From: Cyanobium sp. | GTDB lineage: Bacteria; Cyanobacteriota; Cyanobacteriia; PCC-6307; Cyanobiaceae | Reading direction: 5' to 3' | DNA: 64,000 nucleotides | Assembly: GCA_044360135.1 (NCBI GenBank) | Contig: JBIKKX010000006.1 | Coordinates: 10,028-74,027, forward strand | Part shown: positions 57,250 through 64,000 of the stretch, piece after piece | Numbering within the stretch: position 1 is the first letter of the stretch | Layout of the letters: each line of letters opens with the position of its first letter | Translations under genes and position numbers: made by a program | Notes under the pieces: model-generated | Seen by the model: only the letters and a program-made list of their open reading frames with translations | Told to the model about the DNA's origin: nothing | Databases searched by the model: none

Positions 57250-57286
57250 TCGTGTATTCAGCGTTCACCAAGCCTAAGCCTGTCGA

Positions 57287-57961
57287 TCAACTGCCGTCTG
57301 TCTGATGGCCCAGGGCTGGACGGATCGTATTCAGCAGCTTCTGCCAGCGTTCGTCGTCGATCCCGCCTGAGCCAGGACGCCCCCCGCTAACACTGATCAG
57401 GACGCACTCGTAGCTGCGGGGAAGCTGGAGGCCGAGTAAGGAGCGCAACCGATCGCTCCGATCGGTTGGCACCTGGTCAATCAGGGGAAGCAGTTGGTCA
57501 AGGGTGACGCCGTAGCCCCCTTGATTCGCTTTACCGATCACCAGACAAGTTTGACGAACCGGTATCCCCTGGTTGATGCCCTTGGCCGATGGAGGCTGAC
57601 CATCCAGGAGGATGCGCTTCTGAAGGCGTAGTGAGGGGTCGGATGCAGCCAGAACACTGGCGCTGAACGCTAAACGTTCGCGGCCAATTCCTCGAACCAG
57701 CCTCAGCGTTTCCCCCTCACCGATCCCATAGACGAGGCCGTCAGAGGTGGCCCAGTCGTAGTTCCGTTTGGCCGGCAGCTTTGGCAATGGTTGGGCCTCA
57801 AAGCCGTTGGCTTCAAGTTTTTGGGCCACCGCCTTGGAGTTCAGGGGTGACGCCGTTGGCCAGCGGGGCCAAAGGATCGATTTCAAGGCGAACAGCACGG
57901 CGACAGACGCCATTAGGCCGAAAAACGTCTGCCTTGGAGAGAGAGAGTGGACAGCGACCAT
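57287..57961 (-). CDS. exosortase-associated protein (cyanoexosortase-system partner candidate)
   Basis: It has an N-terminal TM anchor, lies immediately downstream of the exosortase gene (the stop and start share a base) and is about 220 aa. The call rests on position, not on a motif. Confidence 0.5.
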   Translation of the reverse strand: MVAVHSLSPRQTFFGLMASVAVLFALKSILWPRWPTASPLNSKAVAQKLEANGFEAQPLPKLPAKRNYDWATSDGLVYGIGEGETLRLVRGIGRERLAFSASVLAASDPSLRLQKRILLDGQPPSAKGINQGIPVRQTCLVIGKANQGGYGVTLDQLLPLIDQVPTDRSDRLRSLLGLQLPRSYECVLISVSGGRPGSGGIDDERWQKLLNTIRPALGHQTDGS

Positions 57962-58875
57962 CAGCCGGCACCCTCCCCACCATCGCTGGCAGGCAATGGC
58001 GGCAGTTCGCGTTCGAGCAAGCGAAGATAGAGGCTTCCGAAAATGAAAATAGAGATTCCGGAGAACAACAAAGAGCCCAGGTCGTCGTGGAAAAAGCGGA
58101 ACAACGGCGTGCCTTTACCTTGACCAAAAGCCACGCAAAGGGCCAGAACGGCAATACGGATGGTATTGCTGGCCAGGCCGATCAGAGGAGCAGCGATCAG
58201 AAGGCTGATCCGACTTAGGCCCGAGCGGATTGGGAAGGCCAGCAGAAAGATGATCGAAACCCCAATCACTTGGGCGATGGTGTCGACTCCATTGCAGGCA
58301 GGCAATACTTCAACGCCGCCTGTGGGCAGCATGACAGTGCGATCGCGAACCACGTTGTCGAAGCCAAGGATGCTAAGCCAGAAACTGCTGAGACGCGCCG
58401 TGAGAATACTCATGGGACGCTCAGGAATCACTTTCATCAACACCCCGAAGGCTGGAATCAGCAGCAGGCAGAACAAGGTGTCGCGCAGGCGTCCAAGCTG
58501 CTTAAGCGGCGTGGAGAGCATGGCCAGAGCCAGGCCTGCCAGGGGGGCAAGGATATAGAGCGTACCGTCGGAGTGAAGCACCAGGGCTGTGCGTGCCATC
58601 ACAGCGAGGAGAAGGATGGTTCCAAGCAGCAGCCCGAGAACTCCAGGTCTGGGGTCCAGGTCCTCCAGTTGATCTTCCATGCAGATCAGAGCTCCGCCCC
58701 AGACCAGAAGGGCATAGACGGTGACGTGCTCACTCTGGCTGGTTTGGAACACACCCAAATTCTGGGTCGCTACCGCAGCCGCAAGCAGCAGCCAGAGGTT
58801 GCGTGGTGTGGCCGGAGGTATTGCGGGAATCCGTTCCCTCCAGCCAACAGGCAATCGGGCCAGCAGGTTATTCAT
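57961..58875 (-). CDS. exosortase-family transpeptidase (cyanoexosortase-like)
   Basis: Polytopic membrane protein. GGVEVLPACNGVDTI contains the exosortase catalytic Cys context (V.V..aCsG). A PEP-CTERM-like substrate is encoded at 2845-3504. Confidence 0.7.
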   Translation of the reverse strand: MNNLLARLPVGWRERIPAIPPATPRNLWLLLAAAVATQNLGVFQTSQSEHVTVYALLVWGGALICMEDQLEDLDPRPGVLGLLLGTILLLAVMARTALVLHSDGTLYILAPLAGLALAMLSTPLKQLGRLRDTLFCLLLIPAFGVLMKVIPERPMSILTARLSSFWLSILGFDNVVRDRTVMLPTGGVEVLPACNGVDTIAQVIGVSIIFLLAFPIRSGLSRISLLIAAPLIGLASNTIRIAVLALCVAFGQGKGTPLFRFFHDDLGSLLFSGISIFIFGSLYLRLLERELPPLPASDGGEGAG

Positions 58876-60923
58876 GGGTTGGTAGCTGTCTCACGCTGAA
58901 ACTCCGGGACCAGCTTCTGTAAGGCGACCATCGTGGCGTCTTCATCCCAGGATTGGAGAGCGGATTCGAGATTCGCAATCTTGGGAGCAAGTTCTTCGAC
59001 GCTGAGGCTGGGTTCCCGGGCCCGACGAATCAGGGGGTGGTCCGTCGGTTGATCACGGGCGCTGATCAGGAGCTCCTCATAGAGCTTCTCTCCTGGCCGC
59101 AGACCTGTGAAGGTGATGGCGATATCCCCTTGGGGGTTGGCTTCATCCCGGACTCTAAGGCCGGAGAGCTCAATCATTTGACGAGCCAGATCGGCAATCC
59201 TGACCGGCTCTCCCATATCCAGCAAGAACAGCTCTCCACCTTTTGCCATCCCTGTGGCCTGGAGCACGAGCTGCACGGCTTCAGGGATGGTCATAAAATA
59301 GCGGGTGATCGCGGGGTGGGTCACCGTGATCGGCCCACCTTTGGAGATCTGATGGTGGAACAGCGGTATCACCGACCCGGAGGAGCCGAGAACGTTGCCG
59401 AATCTCACCATGGAGAGGATAGGTCCATTGCCGCCAGCCTTGGCAATCCGATCGGCAGAGGCTTGCACCAGCAGTTCACAGACCCTTTTGCTCGCCCCCA
59501 TGGCATTGGTGGGTCGCACGGCCTTATCGGTTGAGATCAGGGTCAAGCGCTCGACAGGGGTGGCGATGGCCGCGTTGATCACGGCTTGGGTGGAGCGCAG
59601 ATTGTTGGAGACCCCAGCGCAGAGATTGGCTTCCACCAACGGCACATGTTTATAGGCCGCAGCGTGGAAGACGGTGTTGACCGCATGGGTGCGCAAGAGA
59701 TGAAGCATCCGATTGCTATCGCCCGCATCGCCCAACACAGGCATCAGGGGAACTTGAGAGTTGAAGCTCCTCAATTCCTTATCAATAGAGTACAACCCGT
59801 ATTCGTTGCGATCCATGAGCAGCAACTTTTTGGCTCCCAGCTGTATCACTTGGCGGCAGATCTCACTTCCGATTGATCCACCGGCTCCGGTTACGAGAAC
59901 AATCTTGCCGCGAACACTGACATCGAGCAGGGCTGGATCGGGACGGCTGGGCTCACGGCCCAGCAGATCTTCAATGGCAACCGGCTGGAGATCACTGACG
60001 ATCTTGCGACCATCTGCAAGTTCGGAAAGGGAGGGTATCGAAAGAACCTCAAGTCCCAGCCGGGTAAGTTGATCGACCAGCAATCGTTTCCGCTGTCGGG
60101 GCAGAGATGGCAGAGCCAACAGAACTTTATGGACCCCGTGCTGGGCGATCAATCGAGGCAACTGAACAGGACTATCAATGGGCAGGTTCTGGAGGGTACG
60201 ACCATGCAGAATGCTGGCATCATCGAGAAAGCCGAGAATTCTGAAGCGCTGGTCGTTACGCAGGGCCTGCAGCAGACTCATGCCGGCATCACCCGCTCCG
60301 TAAATCAGGGTAATGTTGCGGTCTTCAGGATCAATCCTCGGCAAATGACGTCGATCGAGATATTTAATGAGAACATCGCGCAGCATGATGCGACTGCTGA
60401 TCGCGGCTCCTGAAAACAACAGCCAGTAGAGGACCCAGAAGGATCGTGGCGGCTGAGCACCACCGATCATCGTGCTGATCAATAGCAGCACTAACACCAT
60501 CACCAGCGATCTAGGCAGCAGGCCATAGAGCGAATGGCTGCCGGCATAGCGGGTCAAGCCCCGATACCAACCTGAAAACATCAGCACCGGCAAGCCGCTG
60601 ATCACGGCCAGGACAGCCAGGTGTTGAAGCGGTGCAATAGCGACGGCCATGCTCTGCTTTTCCGGCAGCCGTAAGGCGAAGGCGCCATAGAAAGCAGCCA
60701 CGACCAGTAAGCCGTCAAAGGCAACCAGGGCCAGGCGGCGGGTGAGCAGGGGGACAGAGGTCAGCGGGAGCGAAGGAAGTCCCCGTTTCACGATCAATTT
60801 CAATCGCCGCAAGGGGACGTGTGGTTCGAGCCAGCTGTTCTGCACGCGTTGGTCGTGGTCGAGATGCCCATGGACCGGCGTTAGGGGGCTTGGGGGGGGA
60901 GATGGTGCAATGGAATGTTCCAA
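58872..60923 (-). CDS. polysaccharide biosynthesis protein, CapD/WbpM/PglF-type NDP-sugar 4,6-dehydratase
   Basis: N-terminal TM helices are followed by Rossmann motifs YGAGDAG and VLVTGAGGSIGSE. Further motifs are FHAAAYKHVPLVE and RFGNVLGSSGSVIPLF. Confidence 0.88.
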   Translation of the reverse strand: MEHSIAPSPPPSPLTPVHGHLDHDQRVQNSWLEPHVPLRRLKLIVKRGLPSLPLTSVPLLTRRLALVAFDGLLVVAAFYGAFALRLPEKQSMAVAIAPLQHLAVLAVISGLPVLMFSGWYRGLTRYAGSHSLYGLLPRSLVMVLVLLLISTMIGGAQPPRSFWVLYWLLFSGAAISSRIMLRDVLIKYLDRRHLPRIDPEDRNITLIYGAGDAGMSLLQALRNDQRFRILGFLDDASILHGRTLQNLPIDSPVQLPRLIAQHGVHKVLLALPSLPRQRKRLLVDQLTRLGLEVLSIPSLSELADGRKIVSDLQPVAIEDLLGREPSRPDPALLDVSVRGKIVLVTGAGGSIGSEICRQVIQLGAKKLLLMDRNEYGLYSIDKELRSFNSQVPLMPVLGDAGDSNRMLHLLRTHAVNTVFHAAAYKHVPLVEANLCAGVSNNLRSTQAVINAAIATPVERLTLISTDKAVRPTNAMGASKRVCELLVQASADRIAKAGGNGPILSMVRFGNVLGSSGSVIPLFHHQISKGGPITVTHPAITRYFMTIPEAVQLVLQATGMAKGGELFLLDMGEPVRIADLARQMIELSGLRVRDEANPQGDIAITFTGLRPGEKLYEELLISARDQPTDHPLIRRAREPSLSVEELAPKIANLESALQSWDEDATMVALQKLVPEFQRETATNP

Positions 60924-61283
60924 TGGCTTTGGTCGTGGGACTTCCGGTTGCAGTGCTGGCTGCCGTCGCGCTTGGCCATGTCAGTAAAGCCATTCACGAG
61001 GTCGATGTGGTCAGGCTGTCCGGTGAAGCCTCAAATTTGCATCATTTGATCTTAGGCGAATCAAGCGGCCTCATCTGAGGTGTTGGCCGGAATGGCAACT
61101 GACAGTCAAATTGGCCATGGCAGTCTTGGCGCCCCACCCATGTTAAAGGACTTCAGTCTACTGAGCGATAATTAAGGGGGTGATTTTGCTGTTGTGCATG
61201 GGTTAAGCGTCGACGTTTAGGTCTTTCCGTGCATAAAAAACACATGGTCACCAGATCGGTGGAGCCAACGTTGATACTTTACC

Positions 61284-62210
61284 TCAGCCTTCTTGCGCCG
61301 CTCTCGCGAACGGAACCGCCACTCGTTGCTCCAGTCGCCAGGCCAGCAGCAGCACGCACACCGTCGCTCCAAGCAGCAGCACCGCTGAGCCGCTCAGGCG
61401 GCAGAGGGCCAGCAGGCCTGTGGCCGCCGCATAGGTCAGGGCGACCCTCCTGTGGGACCAGCCGGCCCGCTGTAACCGTTGGAACAGGTGCAGCCGATGG
61501 GCTTGGAACACGGCCTGCCTCGCCGCCAGGCGGCGCAGCACGCAGCTCAGAGCGTCCCCCAGTAGCGGCACTCCCAGCAGCAGTAGAGAGGACGCCGCCA
61601 GGGGGGTGGGCTGCTGCAGGACCAGGCCAGCAAACACGGCCCCCAGCCAGGTGCTGCCCACATCCCCCATGAACACCCTGGCCGGGCTCCAGTTCCAGAG
61701 CAGGAAGCCGGCCAGGGAGCCGGCCAGCAGCCACTGGCCGCAGGCCGCCATCAGCACCAGGACGCTGAGGCCGACCAGGCCATCAAGGCCATCCATGAAA
61801 TTGACGAAGTTGATCACGGCGGTGATCGCGATCAGGACCACTGGCAGGCTCCAGGGCGGCAGGGGAGTGGCGGCCATCGCCAGAAGGGCTACCGCCGTGA
61901 GCACCTGGGCGAGATAGCGGCTGGCGGCCGGCAGGTCCAAGCGATCATCCAGCAGGCCCACCAGGGCTAGTGGCAGGCAGATCACGGGAATCCAGGCGGC
62001 CTTGCCCTGGCCCAGCGCCAGGCTCAGGGCGCTGGCCACCAGCACGAAGCTCAGGCCTCCGCCGCGGGGGGTGGCGACCCGATGGGAACTGCGACGGTTG
62101 GGTTGATCGAGCAGTCCGCGGCGCAACAGGGGCATCAAGGCCCAGAGCAGGAGCCAGCTCAGGGCGGCGGCCAGGGCAAATGCCGCAGCGACGCCATGGG
62201 GTGAGGCCAT
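61284..62210 (-). CDS. GT4-family polyprenol-phosphate sugar-1-phosphate transferase (WecA/WbpL/MraY-like)
   Basis: LLDQPNRRSSHRVATPRGGGL, GLLDDRLDL, NFVNFMDGLDGL and FMGDVGSTWLG. The start is set at MASPHG (ATG 62210); the track ORF extends to 62573. Confidence 0.85.
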   Translation of the reverse strand: MASPHGVAAAFALAAALSWLLLWALMPLLRRGLLDQPNRRSSHRVATPRGGGLSFVLVASALSLALGQGKAAWIPVICLPLALVGLLDDRLDLPAASRYLAQVLTAVALLAMAATPLPPWSLPVVLIAITAVINFVNFMDGLDGLVGLSVLVLMAACGQWLLAGSLAGFLLWNWSPARVFMGDVGSTWLGAVFAGLVLQQPTPLAASSLLLLGVPLLGDALSCVLRRLAARQAVFQAHRLHLFQRLQRAGWSHRRVALTYAAATGLLALCRLSGSAVLLLGATVCVLLLAWRLEQRVAVPFARAAQEG

Positions 62211-62287
62211 AGCCCCTGGCTGGGGGAGAAAGGGGATGCCTCCGGCGAGGCGATCGATCAGGGCTGGCACGGGGGGCGGTGGGGTGG

Positions 62288-62860
62288 TCAGGAGCAGTGG
62301 GCGGGAATCGGTCGCCCGGACCAGCCGGTGGCGCGCCAGAGCTGGCTGCGCAACTGATCGCGCAGGGTGCGCCAGGGCTGCTCCCAGCGGTTGTCGCCGG
62401 TGGGGGCCACCTGGCCCTCCACCTCCCAGCCGCGGCTGGCGAGGGTGATGCGGGCGATCGCCAGGGTTCGGCCCATGTGGGCCTGGCTGGTCACGAGGGT
62501 GACCTGACCCGGCGGCTTGAAGCGCTCCAGCCATTGGGCAAGGGCCGTGATCTGCTCCACCGTGTCGCAACATGGCGTCAGCCGAACCAGGTCGGGGCCC
62601 TCGGCCGGCAGCAGTCCTCGCTTGGCCAAGTGGATGTTGTTCACCTCCTGCGAGCTGTCCCGTCCCTGGAAGATCAGAACCGAACCTGGACGCCTTTGCC
62701 AGAGGCGAAGGGCCAGGTGGCTGCGCCAGGGATCCTCCACGAACACCGTGATCACCTCCTGGCTGCCGTCGCCCGTTGGGCAGAGCCAGGGCCAGAGGAT
62801 CCAGCTCAGGGCTGGCAGGACCAGCAGCGCCAGAAGAGAGGGGCGGAGGTGACGTGCCAT
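62288..62860 (-). CDS. DUF218 (YdcF/ElyC-like) protein
   Basis: N-terminal anchor, then VLIFQGRDSS and LVTSQAHMGRTLAIAR, which fits the vTsxxHmxRa pattern. Confidence 0.65.
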   Translation of the reverse strand: MARHLRPSLLALLVLPALSWILWPWLCPTGDGSQEVITVFVEDPWRSHLALRLWQRRPGSVLIFQGRDSSQEVNNIHLAKRGLLPAEGPDLVRLTPCCDTVEQITALAQWLERFKPPGQVTLVTSQAHMGRTLAIARITLASRGWEVEGQVAPTGDNRWEQPWRTLRDQLRSQLWRATGWSGRPIPAHCS

Positions 62861-62866
62861 GGCCGT

Positions 62867-63790
62867 TCAGCCTCGGGCCAGGGGATGAACCGGGAAGGGC
62901 TCGGCCGCGGTTCCGAGCAGGCTATGGGCAGACGTGAAGCCCGCCAGGTCGGCCTCGATCCGCAACACGGCTTCGAACAGCTTGGGCTTCCAGGGCAACA
63001 GGGGTGCCGCCAGCAGATGGAACAGGGACGCGGGCACGGGGACCAGGCGGCAGCGGCCGGCCCGATCTCGGGGATCCCGCGCCACGGCTTCGGCCCGCAG
63101 GCGGTCCAGCATCGCTGCGTAGGTGAGGGTGTCGTCGCCTCCCAGGGTCAGGGAACCGGTCCAGCGCTCGGGCTGATCCGCGAGCAGCAGGCTGACGGCG
63201 GCGAGCTGGCGGGCGTGGATCGGTTGCCGCAGCCCGGTGCGGGAGGGGAGGGGCAGAAGCGGCAGCCGGGCCATCAGCTTCAGCAGCACACTCAGGTTGC
63301 GGTCGTGGTAGCCCCCGGCTTCGCCATAGATCAGGGTGGGCCGGATGATCCGGCAGGGAATCGCCAGCGCCTGGCAGGCCCCCTCCAGCGTGGATTCCGC
63401 CTGGCGCAGTCGCCGCACCAGGGCCTGGTCATCGGCATTGGCGGCGAAGCGCTTGGTGAGCACCGATGAGGAGGAACAGGCCACCACCGCCTTGGGCAGC
63501 TCCGTGGTGCCGCCCGTCCCCTGCCGCACTGCCTCAAGTCGCCCGGCAAGGAAAGGGGCCAGGTGCCAGAGCGGCGCAAAGCTGACGATCACCCCCCCCA
63601 GCGGCAGGTCAGCGGGAGGGGGGCTGGTGAGGTCGACCGGCAGGAACTGCTGTGCGGCCAGATCGGGGGGGCAGCGCCTGCCCAGGACCCGCAGCTCCCG
63701 GCCGGCCGCCAGGTTGCGCAGGGCCGCGCCGCTGGGGGTGCTGGCGCCGAACAGCAGGATCGGAGTGGGGGTGGGGGCGGGGACGGTCAT
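62867..63790 (-). CDS. NAD(P)-binding Rossmann-fold protein (atypical SDR/epimerase-like)
   Basis: The N-terminal ILLFGASTPSGAAL glycine-rich loop and the length are compatible with extended SDRs. The gene lies within a sugar-modification operon. Confidence 0.6.
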   Translation of the reverse strand: MTVPAPTPTPILLFGASTPSGAALRNLAAGRELRVLGRRCPPDLAAQQFLPVDLTSPPPADLPLGGVIVSFAPLWHLAPFLAGRLEAVRQGTGGTTELPKAVVACSSSSVLTKRFAANADDQALVRRLRQAESTLEGACQALAIPCRIIRPTLIYGEAGGYHDRNLSVLLKLMARLPLLPLPSRTGLRQPIHARQLAAVSLLLADQPERWTGSLTLGGDDTLTYAAMLDRLRAEAVARDPRDRAGRCRLVPVPASLFHLLAAPLLPWKPKLFEAVLRIEADLAGFTSAHSLLGTAAEPFPVHPLARG

Positions 63791-63792
63791 GG

Positions 63793-64000
63793 TCAGGAAC
63801 GTGCCGGAGCGAAGCGGCTGAGCAGCCGCTGCCCGTAGCGGAGTCCGTAGGCGAAGGGCCAGATCAGGCCGAAGGCCTCCCGATAGGCCCGACGCACCTC
63901 GGCCAACCGCCGGGCGGTTTGCTGGCCGCTGACCCCCCCATCACCCATATGCACCAGCTCCATGTCGCTGTGAAGGACCCTCAGATTCGACCAGCGAGAG
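63793..64000 (-). CDS. C-terminal part of an unidentified protein (gene continues beyond the window)
   Basis: The minus frame is open to the window edge: ...NLRVLHSDMELVHMGDGGVSGQQTARRLAEVRRAYREAFGLIWPFAYGLRYGQRLLSRFAPARS*. Its stop lies 2 nt upstream of the next ATG, which suggests an operon. Confidence 0.4.
   Translation of the reverse strand, partial: SRWSNLRVLHSDMELVHMGDGGVSGQQTARRLAEVRRAYREAFGLIWPFAYGLRYGQRLLSRFAPARS

Noticed and set aside
18088-63469. Other long shadow ORFs: 18088-19317(+), 19342-20130(+), 21574-22836(+), 25578-26663(+), 29717-31273(+), 31352-32338(+), 35173-36045(-), 37493-38707(+), 40574-41746(+), 41597-43267(-), 43359-44279(-), 44551-45858(-), 46298-47563(+), 47217-49373(+), 50962-51789(+), 62279-63469(+)
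   Set aside because: Each lies antisense to, or out of frame with, a gene that has strong family motifs (argF, GGDEF-EAL, ftsH, ribD, GH116, cobL, nadK, surE, ribF, thiE, the DUF1517 gene, larB, ispF/trmD and the others). Their translations are low-complexity R/G/P/A-rich.
1-64000. HIP1 octamer GCGATCGC occurrences (for example near 11299, 27049, 37253, 43237, 43345, 47486, 50889, 62454)
   Set aside because: By eye there are roughly nine copies, only modestly above what the base composition would give by chance. That fits a cyanobacterial origin but is not a distinct feature of this window.

Overview
High-G+C cyanobacterial chromosome segment. The gene content (CpcS/CpeS-type bilin lyase, cyanoexosortase, Nif11-like protein, DUF1517/DUF3122/DUF3611-like proteins) points by inference to a Cyanobium/Synechococcus-like picocyanobacterium. 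The window has three parts. (1) About 1-17.1 kb is accessory DNA. It starts with a glycan-modification cluster: a coiled-coil protein with a near-perfect 405-bp internal tandem duplication, two sulfotransferases, a GT1/GT4 glycosyltransferase and a PEP-CTERM-like secreted protein. A complete type I-G (formerly I-U) CRISPR-Cas interference module follows: cas3 with a C-terminal HD domain, csb1/cas7, csb2/cas5-6 and csx17/cas8. It has no cas1/cas2/cas4, and its 15-repeat array (36-nt repeat GTTCCGGATGGCTTTGCTATCCGGGGAAGTTGAAAC) sits inside the operon between csb2 and csx17. Next come an orphan DUF6088/AbiEi-like wHTH gene with a perfect inverted repeat just upstream, a low-G+C cassette of small membrane proteins (one interrupted by an in-frame TAA), a decayed tyrosine-recombinase gene and tRNA-Ala(GGC). 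Together this looks like a tRNA-anchored genomic island. (2) About 17.3-52 kb is mostly core housekeeping: lexA, argF, a PAS-GGDEF-EAL protein, ftsH, an SRAP peptidase, ribD, a GH116 glycosidase, cobL, nadK, pheS, surE, ribF, thiE, thiS, larB, ispF, trmD and era. Lower-G+C glycosylation inserts interrupt it, as does an OafA-like acyltransferase pseudogene carrying a frameshift and an amber stop. (3) About 52.5-64 kb is an exopolysaccharide/exosortase cluster: Wza-like exporter, Wzc-like tyrosine autokinase, CX5R phosphatase, cyanoexosortase plus partner, CapD-like dehydratase, WecA/WbpL-like GT4, DUF218 protein and an SDR. The most unusual system is the adaptation-less, rearranged type I-G locus with its flanking low-G+C cassette. 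All product calls come from motif reading of the supplied translations; no database search was run. Many long ORFs in the six-frame track are antisense artefacts of the high G+C content and are listed as rejected.
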